This document shows, one piece after another, positions 9,055-19,645 of a DNA stretch of 47,823 bases. A program made the translations under genes and the position numbers. Source of the DNA: Bacteroidota bacterium (GTDB taxonomy: Bacteria; Bacteroidota; Bacteroidia; Chitinophagales; CAIODY01); assembly GCA_039796635.1 (NCBI GenBank), contig JBDKJJ010000103.1, forward strand, positions 1 through 47,823. Reading direction: 5' to 3'. Under the pieces are notes generated by a model. That model made no database searches. It was not told the DNA's origin and was given only the letters and a program-made list of their open reading frames with translations. How positions within the stretch are numbered: position 1 is the stretch's first letter; the number at the start of each line of letters is the position of its first letter.

Positions 9055-9702
9055 GTGTCAAAAAAATCAACTACAAAAAAACCGCCTAAACATATTGCAA
9101 TTGCAGGAAATATTGGTGCTGGTAAAACTACATTAACTAAATTGTTAGCCAAAAATTTTGGTTGGACTCCTCATTATGAAGACGTTGAAAACAATCCTTA
9201 CTTGAATGATTTTTATGAAGATATGGTGCGTTGGAGTTTCAACCTTCAAATATATTTTTTAAACAGCCGCTTTGGACAAATTATTGACATTCATAAAGGT
9301 GATGAAACGGTAATTCAGGATCGTTCAATTTATGAAGATGCTTCAATATTTGCGCCTAACCTTCATGAAATGGGGTTGATGACAACTCGTGATTTTCAAA
9401 ATTATCATTCACTTTTCAAAACATTGCATTCAATGGTTGATCCACCTGATTTGATGATTTATCTAAAAGCTTCAATTGGTACATTAGTAAATCAAATTGA
9501 AAAACGAGGGAGAGATTATGAAGATAATATTCGGTTAGATTATTTGAAAAGACTAAATGAACACTATGACAATTGGGCTAAAAATTACACTATGGGCAAA
9601 TTGTTAGTGATTAATGTTGATGACTTAAACTTTGCTGAAAAAAAAGAAGATTTAGGCAAAGTGGTTAATATGGTTCGAGCTGAGTTTAATGGCTTATTTT
9701 AA
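9055..9702 (+). CDS. Deoxynucleoside kinase
   Basis: P-loop IAIAGNIGAGKTT, then PHYEDVENNPYL.DFY and DRSIYED motifs of the dNK/dCK/dGK family. GTG start. Confidence 0.9.
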   Translation: MSKKSTTKKPPKHIAIAGNIGAGKTTLTKLLAKNFGWTPHYEDVENNPYLNDFYEDMVRWSFNLQIYFLNSRFGQIIDIHKGDETVIQDRSIYEDASIFAPNLHEMGLMTTRDFQNYHSLFKTLHSMVDPPDLMIYLKASIGTLVNQIEKRGRDYEDNIRLDYLKRLNEHYDNWAKNYTMGKLLVINVDDLNFAEKKEDLGKVVNMVRAEFNGLF

Positions 9703-9717
9703 TCTTTTTATAATGCA

Positions 9718-11811
9718 ATGAAACTCCCAACTTCACTGCAACTTTTTTTTGCTCAAACTCCTTTTTTAAGAATAGTATTTCCTTTTGCATTGGGCATTTT
9801 TGCTCAGCTTCATTTTGAATGGAGTAACATTATTCCTTTTATTATTCCTTTATCTATTGTAATTGCAGCTTACGCAATATTCCAGTTTTCATCGCTTAAA
9901 ATTAGTTTTAAATGGTTTGAGTTGAATGGTATTTTAATACAATTGATTTTATTTTTTTCAGGAATTATTATCACTCAAACTCAGTTTGTAAATCATCAAT
10001 CTGATTATTACGGAAATTTAATTTCTCCGAAAAATAAAATTGTACAAATCCGATTGTTAGAAAATCCGATTGAAAAAGCCGGTAGCTACAAGGCTTTGGC
10101 AGATGTTGAGTTCATTCATCAACAAAGTGTATCAGGCAAAACAATTGTATATTTTAATAAAAGTAATTTTGAGCATCGATTTATTTATGGTGATATTTTA
10201 CTTGTGCCAAATCATTTTACTAAAATTAAAAATTCAGGAAATCCTGGCTGTTTCAACTATAAATTTTCTTGCTTTATGCAAGATGTTACACATCAAATTT
10301 TTATCAATGAGGCTGATTGTGAAAAAATAAGTAATCGGCATAATGGCTTCTACAAACAATTGTGGCAAGTCCGTGATTCAATTCTTTCCATCATTGAACA
10401 AAATGTAACATCAGAAAAAGAGTTAGGAGTGGCGCAAGCTTTATTAATTGGTTATCGAGATAATTTAGATAAAGATTTGCAGCAAGTGTATTCCAACACA
10501 GGTATTGTGCATGTATTAGCCATTAGCGGAATGCATTTAGGATTGATATTTTGGATGCTCAATAAAGCATTATTTTTCTTAGATAAAAGAAGAAAATCAA
10601 AATGGATTAAATCAATAATAATTCTTACAATAATTTGGCTATTTGCTTTGCTAACAGGTGCTTCGGGCTCAGTGATGAGGGCAGCAGTAATGTTTACATT
10701 TGTTCAAGCAGCATTGTTGATGAAACGAAATTCTTCAATTTATAATTCGTTGGCAGCTTCAGCATTTATCATGTTAGTTTTCAATCCGTTTATTTTGGCT
10801 GATGTTGGTTTTCAACTTTCATATATTGCAGTAATTGGAATTATTTCATTACAGAAATTTATTTATGATTGGATTTATATTAAAAATTGGATAGCAAAAA
10901 AAATATGGAATTTAATTGCAGTATCAATTGCAGCACAAATTTTAGCAGCGCCAATTTGTATGCTTTACTTTCATCAATTTCCTAACTATTTTTTGTTAGC
11001 CAACTTAATTGCAATACCAATATCAACAATAGTTTTGTTTGAAATTATTGGTATGTTAATAGTTGCAAAATTTTCAGTTTTTTGGGGAGGGTTAATTGGT
11101 AAATTAATAACTTTTACTACATGGTTAATGAATACAGGCGTTGAATGGGTAGATGGTTTGCCTCATTCAGTTATCAATAATTTACAATTTAATGTTTGGC
11201 AGATATTATTAATGTACAGTTCAATTATTGCTTTTGTTTTTTGGTTAGTGAATAAAAATGTGAATTATTTAAAAGTTTCGATGATAGCATTTTTAATAAT
11301 GTTGGTTTGGTTGACAAGTGATAAAATTGAAACACAAAAGCAACAAAAAATAATTGTGTATGCCATTCCAAAAGGCAGTGCTATTGATTTTATTCAAGGA
11401 AATGAATTTGCAATTTTTCAAGATTCATTAGTTTTGGCAAATCACATTACACAGAATTTCCACATCAAACCTTCCAGAGTTTTACATCAAGCCACTTCAA
11501 TTAATAATGCATTAATGACCAAAGTAGATGAACAAAGTTTGGTAGCTTTCAACCAACGTATTACTTATTTAGGAAGAAAAGAATATTGTTTTGAATTTGA
11601 AAATAAAATTGAAACCGATATTTTAATTGTGGCGCATAATTCAATTTACTCTGTAAATGATTTGCTGAAAAAATACAAATTCAAACAATTGATTTTTGAC
11701 TCTTCCAACTCAAATTATAAAGTGAAAAAATGGATGAATGAAGCGGCCAATCTTCATTTAGCTGCATTTAATACCATTGAATCTGGCGCTTTTGAAATGA
11801 ATATTCAATAG
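9718..11811 (+). CDS. comEC: ComEC/Rec2-family DNA internalization channel protein
   Basis: 697 aa, polytopic. The competence-domain core reads GIVHVLAISGMHLG...SGSVMRAAVM. Confidence 0.85.
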   Translation: MKLPTSLQLFFAQTPFLRIVFPFALGIFAQLHFEWSNIIPFIIPLSIVIAAYAIFQFSSLKISFKWFELNGILIQLILFFSGIIITQTQFVNHQSDYYGNLISPKNKIVQIRLLENPIEKAGSYKALADVEFIHQQSVSGKTIVYFNKSNFEHRFIYGDILLVPNHFTKIKNSGNPGCFNYKFSCFMQDVTHQIFINEADCEKISNRHNGFYKQLWQVRDSILSIIEQNVTSEKELGVAQALLIGYRDNLDKDLQQVYSNTGIVHVLAISGMHLGLIFWMLNKALFFLDKRRKSKWIKSIIILTIIWLFALLTGASGSVMRAAVMFTFVQAALLMKRNSSIYNSLAASAFIMLVFNPFILADVGFQLSYIAVIGIISLQKFIYDWIYIKNWIAKKIWNLIAVSIAAQILAAPICMLYFHQFPNYFLLANLIAIPISTIVLFEIIGMLIVAKFSVFWGGLIGKLITFTTWLMNTGVEWVDGLPHSVINNLQFNVWQILLMYSSIIAFVFWLVNKNVNYLKVSMIAFLIMLVWLTSDKIETQKQQKIIVYAIPKGSAIDFIQGNEFAIFQDSLVLANHITQNFHIKPSRVLHQATSINNALMTKVDEQSLVAFNQRITYLGRKEYCFEFENKIETDILIVAHNSIYSVNDLLKKYKFKQLIFDSSNSNYKVKKWMNEAANLHLAAFNTIESGAFEMNIQ

Positions 11812-11814
11812 TTT

Positions 11815-13293
11815 TTACCTACTATAATTAGGCGCTTCTTTAGTAATTACAACATCGTGTGCATGGCTTTCACGAACACCTGCTGGTGTAATTTTTACAA
11901 ACTGTGCTTGTTGCAATGCTTTAATATCTTTTGCACCACAATAGCCCATACCGGCACGTAAGCCACCAATGAATTGCACCATTACCTCAGCCATAGTTCC
12001 TTTAAAAGGTACTCTGCCCACAATTCCTTCAGGAACTAATTTTTTTACATCTTCTTCCACATCCTGAAAATAACGGTCTTTGCTGCCATCTTGCATAGCT
12101 TCAACTGAACCCATACCACGATATGATTTGAATTTTCTGCCTTCGAAAATAATTGTTTCACCAGGTGATTCTTCAGTTCCTGCAAATACGCTTCCTGCCA
12201 TTACAATATCAGCACCAGCTGCAATGGCTTTTACTACATCGCCGGTATATCTAATTCCTCCATCAGCAATGATAGATGTTTTTGTATTTTTCAATGCTTG
12301 TTTAGCTTCATAAATTGCAGTTAATTGTGGCACCCCAGCACCTGTTACAATTCTTGTAGTACATATTGAACCTGGTCCTATTCCTACTTTTACAGCATCA
12401 ACGCCAGCATCACTTAATGCTTTTGCTCCTGCCCCTGTGGCTATATTACCAGCTATAATATTTAATTTAGGATATGCTTTACGAACTATTTTTACCATAT
12501 CCAAAACACCTTTTGAATGCCCATGTGCTGTATCAATTGTAATGGCATCAGCACCTACATTTACTAATGCTGATACTCTTTCTAAAGTATCTTTTGTAAT
12601 GCCAACTGCTGCTCCTACAAGCAATCTACCGTGTTTGTCTTTGCTTGCATTAGGGTTGTTAGTAAGCTTTTGAATATCTTTATAAGTAATTAACCCGACC
12701 AATTTTTTCTGCTTGTTGATTACGGGCAATTTTTCAATTTTATATTTCTCTAAAATTTTTTCAGCTTGTTTGAAGTCTGTTCCTTCAGGTGCAGTTATCA
12801 AATTTGATTTAGTCATTACTTCGCTCACCAATTTTTTATAGTTGCGTTCAAATCGTAAATCACGATTAGTGATTATTCCTACTAATTCAAAATTTTTATT
12901 TACTACCGGAATGCCACCAATTTTATTTTCTTTCATTAACCTAAGAGCATCAGCTATTGTGGCATTTTCAAGCAAAGTAACTGGGTCTAGAATCATTCCG
13001 CTTTCAGCACGTTTTACTTTTCGTACTTCTTCTGCTTGTTTTTCAATACTCATATTTTTATGCAAAATACCCATACCGCCTAATCTGGCAATAGCAATTG
13101 CTAATTCAGATTCAGTAACTGTATCCATTGCTGCTGCAATAATCGGAACGTTAAGCTGTAAATTTTTTGTTAGAAAAGAAGAAGTATTTACTTCACGGGG
13201 TAGCACTTGTGAAAATGCAGGAACCATTAATACATCATCGAATGTGAAGCCTTCAAAAGCGAATTTTTGCGAAAATAAATTTTTTGTTGCCAT
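11815..13293 (-). CDS. guaB: IMP dehydrogenase
   Basis: [10 protein letters not shown], a tandem CBS insert, the catalytic loop [11 protein letters not shown], and GGIRYTGD. The ATG at 13293 (MATKN...) is preferred over the track's TTG at 13299. Confidence 0.95.
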   Translation of the reverse strand: MATKNLFSQKFAFEGFTFDDVLMVPAFSQVLPREVNTSSFLTKNLQLNVPIIAAAMDTVTESELAIAIARLGGMGILHKNMSIEKQAEEVRKVKRAESGMILDPVTLLENATIADALRLMKENKIGGIPVVNKNFELVGIITNRDLRFERNYKKLVSEVMTKSNLITAPEGTDFKQAEKILEKYKIEKLPVINKQKKLVGLITYKDIQKLTNNPNASKDKHGRLLVGAAVGITKDTLERVSALVNVGADAITIDTAHGHSKGVLDMVKIVRKAYPKLNIIAGNIATGAGAKALSDAGVDAVKVGIGPGSICTTRIVTGAGVPQLTAIYEAKQALKNTKTSIIADGGIRYTGDVVKAIAAGADIVMAGSVFAGTEESPGETIIFEGRKFKSYRGMGSVEAMQDGSKDRYFQDVEEDVKKLVPEGIVGRVPFKGTMAEVMVQFIGGLRAGMGYCGAKDIKALQQAQFVKITPAGVRESHAHDVVITKEAPNYSR

Positions 13294-13296
13294 GCG

Positions 13297-13304
13297 CAAA
13301 GGTA
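13297..13304 (-). promoter_or_regulatory. Candidate -7 box (TACCTTTG) immediately upstream of the guaB ATG
   Basis: Exact TAnnTTTG whose last G lies 3 nt before the ATG. Confidence 0.35.
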
Positions 13305-13368
13305 TGGAAAAAAATGAAATCGTTTAACTGTTTTATAGCTTTCAATATTACCTTTGAAATAAAAACAA

Positions 13369-13725
13369 TTGAATACATTAAAAACTATAGCTACTAAATG
13401 GTTTGCGGCTTTTAATCAACATGATTTAGAAGCTTTGTTAGAATTATATCATGATGATGCTGAACATTATAGTCCTAAATTAAAAATTCGTCAACCTGAA
13501 ACAAATGGATTAATTAAAGGAAAATCAGCTTTGCATAATTGGTGGGCAGATGCTTTTGAACGATTGCCTAATTTGCATTATCAAATTATTAAAATCATGG
13601 CTGATGATGAACAAATGTTCATGGAATATATCCGTAAAACGCCTGACGAAGATGATTTGCAGGTGGGTGAAGTTTTGCATATCAAAGATGGGAAAATTAT
13701 TGCCTCACGAGTTTATCATTCATAA
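13369..13725 (+). CDS. SnoaL-like / NTF2-fold protein
   Basis: 118 aa. The W..AFN..D.EAL..LY..DAEHYSP pattern is typical of SnoaL_2 domains. The start is non-ATG in the track. Confidence 0.6.
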   Translation: MNTLKTIATKWFAAFNQHDLEALLELYHDDAEHYSPKLKIRQPETNGLIKGKSALHNWWADAFERLPNLHYQIIKIMADDEQMFMEYIRKTPDEDDLQVGEVLHIKDGKIIASRVYHS

Positions 13726-13737
13726 TTTGATTTGAAA

Positions 13738-14280
13738 ATGGAAAACAATACTATTATTCAAGAAACTAAAAATTGGGTTAAAGAAGTTGTAATCGGATTA
13801 AATTTTTGTCCGTTTGCTGCTAAAGAGTTTGATAATAATACTATTCGGTACGAGGTTATTCATGAAACTTTACAAAAAATTCTTTTGCAAAAATTAGAAG
13901 AAGAATATAAACTACTTGATGAGAATGAAGCCATTGAAACCACTTTGCTGATATTACCTAAAGGTTATGAATCATTCGATAAATTTTTAAGCTTGGTTAA
14001 TAAAGTTGAAAATCATTTAGTGAAAACTGATTATGAAGGAATCTACCAAATAGCAAATTTTCATCCTGATTATTTGTTTGCGGATAGCGATGAAAATGAT
14101 GCGGCTAATTATACCAATCGTTCTCTTTATCCTATGCTACACATTCTTCGAGAAGCCTCATTAGATGAAGTGTTGATGAATTATAGTGACCCTGAAAAAA
14201 TACCTAATCGAAATATTTCTGTTGCTCGAAAAAAAGGATTAGCATTTATGCAGCAACTTCGAAGTAGCTGTAAAATGTAA
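13738..14280 (+). CDS. DUF1415-like protein
   Basis: The N-terminal W.KEVVIGLNFCPFA....N.IRY motif resembles the DUF1415 family. The ATG at 13738 is preferred to the TTG at 13732. Confidence 0.5.
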   Translation: MENNTIIQETKNWVKEVVIGLNFCPFAAKEFDNNTIRYEVIHETLQKILLQKLEEEYKLLDENEAIETTLLILPKGYESFDKFLSLVNKVENHLVKTDYEGIYQIANFHPDYLFADSDENDAANYTNRSLYPMLHILREASLDEVLMNYSDPEKIPNRNISVARKKGLAFMQQLRSSCKM

Positions 14281-14316
14281 TTTTATCTATCTTTACATTA
14301 TTATTAATTATTTTAG

Positions 14317-14754
14317 ATGAAACGAATCATTTTTTTATTAACCATAATTGTATTTATAGTTGCTTGTAGAAAAAAAACAACTACAACAAACACCACAACT
14401 GCATCAACTCCTGTTCATTATGATACTTTTACAGTTCATTATTGGAGAATTGATAGTGTGAAAAATTCAATAGTTGATAATAGAACCCAAAATTTTATTT
14501 TTGAATCAAATGGAGCTACTGATACTATATTTTCTGAAGTGAGAAAATTTAAATCAATAGGAACAACTGCCGTTACATATTTTATTGCTTCAAAATATAC
14601 CAATGGTACTTATGACTTAACACCATTTTTTATTTACGCAAAAGGAACTAAAACAAGCAGTTCAAATTTACTTGAAAGCTTTGTTGGTAAAAGCTATTAT
14701 ACCAATGGAAAAACAAATCAAATTGAAAATTTAACACTTCAAAAAGTTAATTAA
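14317..14754 (+). CDS. Hypothetical lipoprotein
   Basis: Signal peptide with lipobox IVFIVAC, followed by a Thr-rich linker. Confidence 0.55.
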   Translation: MKRIIFLLTIIVFIVACRKKTTTTNTTTASTPVHYDTFTVHYWRIDSVKNSIVDNRTQNFIFESNGATDTIFSEVRKFKSIGTTAVTYFIASKYTNGTYDLTPFFIYAKGTKTSSSNLLESFVGKSYYTNGKTNQIENLTLQKVN

Positions 14755-15869
14755 TATTCTTTAACCACACCATAAAGTGTATCACGTTCAATAGCAATTC
14801 TGCCCACTTGTTGAATCATTTGCACTAATTCTTCAGTAGATAAACTTGGGTTTTGCTCTTCTGAACCAGCCATTGAATAAATTTTAGTTGAATCATCAAT
14901 TGTTCCATCTAAATCATCTACACCAAATGCTAAACTTAATTGGGCTGTTTGTCTGCCAATCATTGGCCAATAAGCTTTTATATGAGGAAAGTTATCTAAA
15001 TAAATTCTACTAATGGCATAATTGCGTAAGTCTTCTACAATCGTTACTTCATTAGCATAATTCATTTCATTATTTTCTTTTCTGAATTTTAATGGAATAA
15101 AAGTGTTGAAGCCTTTAGTTTCATCTTGCAAATTTCTTAATCTACTCATGTGGTCAACCCGATGTTCAAATTTTTCAATATGCCCGTATAACATAGTAGC
15201 ATTGCTATGCATACCAATTTTATGTGCAGCTTGATGTATACCTAACCATTGTTCGGCATTGGCTTTATCAGGGCAAATTTCATTTCTGATTTCATCTGCA
15301 AAAATTTCGGCACCACCACCAGGAATAGAATCTAAGCCTTTTTCATTCAGATATTTCATGCCGTCAGTATAACTCATTTTGGCTTTACGAAACATATATT
15401 CTAACTCAACAGCTGTAAATCCTTTGATATGTAAATCGGGGCGAATGGCTTTTATTTTTTGCAATATTTCAGCAAACCATTCAATGGTTAATTTAGGATG
15501 AACACCGCCAACAATATGAACTTCAGTTACAGGCTCATCTTTGTATTTATCTACAATATGAAGCATTTGGTCTTGTGTCATAAACCAACCATCACCTTCT
15601 TCTTTTAAGGTGCGACTATAACTGCAAAACTTGCAATGAAACACACATAAGTTGGTAGGCTCTATATGGAAATTGCGGTTAAAATAAACACGATTTCCAT
15701 TTTTGCGTTCACGAACTAAATTAGCTAACCAACCCAAAAAGCCTAATTCGGCTTCATTATACAGTGTTAAACATTCAGCATCCGTAATCCGAATTTGATT
15801 AACTACTTTTTCTGCAATTGCTTTCAGTTCAGATGAAAGCGAAGTGAATTGTAAACTTGAATTATTCAT
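14751..15869 (-). CDS. mqnE: CofH/MqnE/MqnC-family radical SAM enzyme (probably aminofutalosine synthase, futalosine menaquinone pathway)
   Basis: The CxxxCxxC cluster is in EPTNLCVFHCKFCSY. 372 aa. NGN.VYFN.N.HI.PTN resembles MqnE. The subfamily assignment is uncertain. Confidence 0.65.
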   Translation of the reverse strand: MNNSSLQFTSLSSELKAIAEKVVNQIRITDAECLTLYNEAELGFLGWLANLVRERKNGNRVYFNRNFHIEPTNLCVFHCKFCSYSRTLKEEGDGWFMTQDQMLHIVDKYKDEPVTEVHIVGGVHPKLTIEWFAEILQKIKAIRPDLHIKGFTAVELEYMFRKAKMSYTDGMKYLNEKGLDSIPGGGAEIFADEIRNEICPDKANAEQWLGIHQAAHKIGMHSNATMLYGHIEKFEHRVDHMSRLRNLQDETKGFNTFIPLKFRKENNEMNYANEVTIVEDLRNYAISRIYLDNFPHIKAYWPMIGRQTAQLSLAFGVDDLDGTIDDSTKIYSMAGSEEQNPSLSTEELVQMIQQVGRIAIERDTLYGVVKEY

Positions 15870-15991
15870 AAAAAATAAGAAGACTGCGAAAGTACTTCAC
15901 AAAATTCGATTCTAAAACAAGATAAATGTCATGTTTGTTTTTCTGAGTAAAATAAATTTTGGTAATTGGTTGCAAATTCAATTTCTGTTTT

Positions 15992-16016
15992 TAACTTTGC
16001 ATCACAAAGTACTTTT
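15992..16016 (+). promoter_or_regulatory. Candidate promoter/operator: TAACTTTG -7 box embedded in ACTTTG-N5-CAAAGT-ACTTT half-site array (site A)
   Basis: The motif ACTTTGnnnnACAAAGTACTTT is shared with site B at 16994-17018. It ends 4 nt before the ATG at 16020. Confidence 0.55.
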
Positions 16017-16019
16017 AAA

Positions 16020-16679
16020 ATGAATCAAACAGAAAATCAATTAGAAGCCTTACAAGAAATAAGAAACATGATGGAGCGTTCATCAAAGTTTGTTTCGTTA
16101 AATGGCTTCTCAGGTGTGTTTGTGGGTTTGTTTGCCTTGATTGGTGTAGGCATATTAACGGCTTATACGCAAATAAAAATTGGCGACTCAACTGCTGAGC
16201 ATCCCTATTTTTCATTACTCATTAAAGATGGCAAATTGTATTTACCTGTGCTTAGCATTTATTTAATCGTGGCTACTTCTGTTTTACTATTATCATTTTT
16301 GGTAAGTATGTGGCTCACTATTCAAAAAGCAAAAAAATATAAAGTAAGTTATTGGGATGGAACAGCAAAACGATTGGCTGCCAATATGATGATTCCTTTA
16401 CTTACAGGCGGTTTGTTATGTTTGATTTTTTTGTATCACCTACAAGTGCAATTAATTGCACCAACTATGTTGATTTTTTATGGAATGGCTTTAATCAATG
16501 GAAGTAAATATACTTATCCTGATGTTAGATATTTAGGGTTGATTGAAATTGCTGTTGGATTAATTGCTTCGCTATTTGTTGAAGAAGGGTTGCTTTGTTG
16601 GGCTTTTGGCTTTGGTTTGTTGCATATTGTTTACGGAATTATGATGTATTTTAAATACGAAACAAAAGTGTTGAAGTAA
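16020..16679 (+). CDS. Hypothetical polytopic membrane protein (first gene of the regulator operon)
   Basis: The internal ATG at 16020 (MNQTENQ...) is preferred because the candidate promoter lies inside the longer track ORF. About 5 TM helices. Confidence 0.65.
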   Translation: MNQTENQLEALQEIRNMMERSSKFVSLNGFSGVFVGLFALIGVGILTAYTQIKIGDSTAEHPYFSLLIKDGKLYLPVLSIYLIVATSVLLLSFLVSMWLTIQKAKKYKVSYWDGTAKRLAANMMIPLLTGGLLCLIFLYHLQVQLIAPTMLIFYGMALINGSKYTYPDVRYLGLIEIAVGLIASLFVEEGLLCWAFGFGLLHIVYGIMMYFKYETKVLK

Positions 16680-16978
16680 TGAAAATACAAATTGACAAAT
16701 TAAACAAAGCATTTGAAAATCGCATCAGGCTTGGCATCATGTCAGTATTGATGGTAAATGATTCAATAGATTTTAATGCAATGAAAGAACTATTGCAAAC
16801 TACAGATGGTAATTTGGCAAGTCATATTTCAGCATTAGAAAAAGAAGAATATATTAAAGTAACCAAACAGTTTGTAGGCAAAAAACCTAACACTAATTTC
16901 TCTGCTACCAAATTGGGGAAAAAAGAGTTTACAGCCCACATTGATGCATTAGAAAAATTATTGAAACAAACTAAATAA
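16679..16978 (+). CDS. Small winged-helix transcriptional regulator (HTH_34 / ArsR-PadR-like)
   Basis: 99 aa. F.N..RLGIMS.L......F..MKELL..TDGNLASHI..LEK..YI is a typical Bacteroidota winged-helix regulator. Its start overlaps the upstream stop (TAATG). Confidence 0.75.
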   Translation: MKIQIDKLNKAFENRIRLGIMSVLMVNDSIDFNAMKELLQTTDGNLASHISALEKEEYIKVTKQFVGKKPNTNFSATKLGKKEFTAHIDALEKLLKQTK

Positions 16979-16993
16979 ATTTTTTTTGCGTTT

Positions 16994-17018
16994 ATACTTT
17001 GAAATACAAAGTACTTTC
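16994..17018 (+). promoter_or_regulatory. Candidate operator site B (ACTTTG-N5-CAAAGT-ACTTT)
   Basis: 12-nt identity (ACAAAGTACTTT) plus an upstream ACTTTG, as in site A. It lies 39 nt upstream of the 17057 ATG. Confidence 0.5.
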
Positions 17019-17056
17019 CAAAAATATAAATCAGAAAACAATAAATCAATCTAAAT

Positions 17057-18589
17057 ATGAAATCAATTTCAATTAAAAATCACTATCTACTTTTCATCAG
17101 TACCGCTATTTACACTTATCTGTTTTGGGAAAATGCGTTAGGAATCAATCTGTTCTTATTTAGTTTGCTGCTCATTGTTTTACTATTTATTAAATACCAA
17201 GATTCATTTCGTCATTCACCTTATGTATGGGGAACGCTTGCAGGAAGTCTTCTTTCGGGCATCATGGTAGTAGTAAACAACACCACAAACTCCATTGTGA
17301 TTCATTTGCTTTCTATGATTTTACTGACGGGATTTGTTCATCATGTTAAATTAAAATCAGCATTATTTAGTTTGGTTTCTATTCTGCAAACCTACGCTAT
17401 GATGCCAAGCAATGCCATTCAAGATTACATGAGTACACACGAAACCCAACGCAGCAAAGCAGGAAGATTATTCTATTTCTTTAAACTGTTAATTGTTCCT
17501 TTTTTCATTGTAATTGTTTTTGCCATTTTATATTCTATTTCTAATTCTGTTTTCGCAGATTTTATCGGCAGTTTTACTACTTATGTTTTTGATTTTATTT
17601 CTAAAATTTTCGATTACATCTCATTAAGTGCATTGCTTTTTTCGTTAGGAGGAATGGCAATTTCAGGAGGAATAATCTACAAACATCATTCTTCAAAAAT
17701 TGAACAAGAGGAACAAACTGAAAGTGAATATATTCAACGAAAACGAAAAAAACATTTCTTCAATAAAGCATTAAATGCCTTGACAAAGGAATACCGAATT
17801 GCTTTACTGGTGCTTGTTTTAGTGAATATTCTATCATTAATTTTAAATTGTATTGATATAAAATATTTATGGTTTGGCTTTGTGCCTCAACAAGGTTTTT
17901 GCTTTAAAGATTTTGTACATCAAGGCACTGAACTTTTAATCATTAGTATTTTTTTAGCCATGTTCATTGTGATTTATTATTTCAGAAACAACCTAAATTT
18001 TTATCCTAACAATAAATGGTTGCGCTTGTTAGCTAATTTATGGATGATTCAAAATTTGGTGTTGACTATTTCAGTTGGATTACGAAATTATTACTACATC
18101 TACATTCATGCATTGGCATATAAACGAATTGGAGTTTTTTTCTTTTTGATTTTAGTTGCTATCGGTTTACTATCAATGCTGATAAAAATTAATCAAAAGC
18201 GTTCGGCTTATTTTTTATTGAGAATCAATAGCTGGTCAGTTTATATTTTATTGATTGTATTAAGCTGTATAAATTGGGATGAAACTATTGTAAAATTCAA
18301 TATCCATCATTGGAACAAGAAAGAAGTAGATGTTGATTTTTATTATGAATTGAGTCCAAGAGTTTCTTATTATTTATATCAAAATCTACCAATCATAAAA
18401 GAACAAATCGAAGGAAATCAAAATGAAAATCATCATTGGATGGAAAACAAATCCATTGAAATTTTTGAAACAACATTATTTAAACGAACAGAAAATTATA
18501 TCAGTAAAACTTCCAATTACAAATGGCAATCATGGAATTATGCGGATGCAAAAGCAATAAATGAACTATCAAAAATTTCTACAAAATGA
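17057..18589 (+). CDS. Large polytopic membrane protein (DUF4153/DUF4173-like)
   Basis: 510 aa, about 10 or more TM helices with a basic cytoplasmic loop. The family assignment is from memory only. Confidence 0.6.
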   Translation: MKSISIKNHYLLFISTAIYTYLFWENALGINLFLFSLLLIVLLFIKYQDSFRHSPYVWGTLAGSLLSGIMVVVNNTTNSIVIHLLSMILLTGFVHHVKLKSALFSLVSILQTYAMMPSNAIQDYMSTHETQRSKAGRLFYFFKLLIVPFFIVIVFAILYSISNSVFADFIGSFTTYVFDFISKIFDYISLSALLFSLGGMAISGGIIYKHHSSKIEQEEQTESEYIQRKRKKHFFNKALNALTKEYRIALLVLVLVNILSLILNCIDIKYLWFGFVPQQGFCFKDFVHQGTELLIISIFLAMFIVIYYFRNNLNFYPNNKWLRLLANLWMIQNLVLTISVGLRNYYYIYIHALAYKRIGVFFFLILVAIGLLSMLIKINQKRSAYFLLRINSWSVYILLIVLSCINWDETIVKFNIHHWNKKEVDVDFYYELSPRVSYYLYQNLPIIKEQIEGNQNENHHWMENKSIEIFETTLFKRTENYISKTSNYKWQSWNYADAKAINELSKISTK

Positions 18590-19272
18590 AACCAACATTT
18601 AAAATATTTTCCATCGTTACTATCTTTTCAATTGCGATGGGCTTTTTAGAAACTGCTGTGGTGGTGTATTTAAGAGAATTATATTATCCAAGGGGTTTTG
18701 ATTTTCCGATGGTTGCTACCAGTAATTTGGTTTTAAAAACAGAATTGCTTCGTGAGTTTGCAACACTTATAATGCTTATTTCAATTGGTTTATTAGCAGG
18801 AAAAACAAAAGCTCAACGATTCGTTTATTTCCTTTACAGCTTTGCCATTTGGGATTTAGTGTATTATGTTTTTTTGAAATGGTTATTGAATTGGCCTGCT
18901 TCATTTTTCACTTGGGATATTTTGTTTTTGCTTCCAATGCCTTGGTATGGGCCTGTTTTAGCACCATGCATAATTTCAGTAACAATGATTTTACTTACAG
19001 GAATTGTATTTTATTTTGAACGAAAAAATATTCTTATACAATTCAATTGGATGGATTTATTGTTACTAATAGGCGGAAGTTTGATTTTTATTTATTCTTT
19101 CACATCTGAATTTATTAATTGGTTTTTAATGGGCAATCATAAAATAAACACAATGGGCTTTGAGTTTATTCCACAGCATTATAATTGGTTTGTATTTTCA
19201 ATAGCTGAAATAATTCTGTTGATTGATTTTGTATGGATTTATAGAAGGCATCAGTTGAATTTAAATTATTAA
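18586..19272 (+). CDS. Hypothetical polytopic membrane protein
   Basis: 228 aa, about 6 TM helices. It overlaps the upstream gene by 4 nt. Confidence 0.6.
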   Translation: MKPTFKIFSIVTIFSIAMGFLETAVVVYLRELYYPRGFDFPMVATSNLVLKTELLREFATLIMLISIGLLAGKTKAQRFVYFLYSFAIWDLVYYVFLKWLLNWPASFFTWDILFLLPMPWYGPVLAPCIISVTMILLTGIVFYFERKNILIQFNWMDLLLLIGGSLIFIYSFTSEFINWFLMGNHKINTMGFEFIPQHYNWFVFSIAEIILLIDFVWIYRRHQLNLNY

Positions 19273-19298
19273 CCTATCTTCGCCCCACTATAATTTAT

Positions 19299-19643
19299 AT
19301 GCAAATAGAAATTTTAAAATCAAAAATTCATAGAGCAACAGTTACTGATGCTAATTTGAACTATGTAGGAAGTATCACCATTGATGAAGCATTGATGGAA
19401 GCTGCCAATATGATTGAAAATGAAAAGGTTCATGTAGTAAATAATAATAATGGCGAACGCTTTGAAACCTATATTATTAAAGGCGAAAGAAATAGTGGTG
19501 AAATTTGTTTGAACGGTGCAGCTGCCCGTAAAGTACAACCAGGTGATATTGTCATCATTGTAAGCTATGCTACTATGGATTTTGAAGAGGCGAAAAAGTT
19601 CAAGCCTGCTATCATTTTTCCAGATTCAAAAAACAAAATATAA
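19299..19643 (+). CDS. panD: Aspartate 1-decarboxylase
   Basis: [30 protein letters not shown] contains the G-S self-processing site. 114 aa. Confidence 0.95.
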   Translation: MQIEILKSKIHRATVTDANLNYVGSITIDEALMEAANMIENEKVHVVNNNNGERFETYIIKGERNSGEICLNGAAARKVQPGDIVIIVSYATMDFEEAKKFKPAIIFPDSKNKI

Positions 19644-19645
19644 GT

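Noticed and set aside
8952-9152. 66-aa minus-strand ORF
   Set aside because: It overlaps the P-loop-encoding start of the deoxynucleoside kinase gene on the opposite strand and has no family resemblance.
12842-13327. 161-aa + strand ORF, plus 12080-12313 and 12437-12673
   Set aside because: These are antisense to the strongly supported guaB CDS. They have low-complexity Ser/Ile/Ala-rich translations and are typical shadow ORFs.
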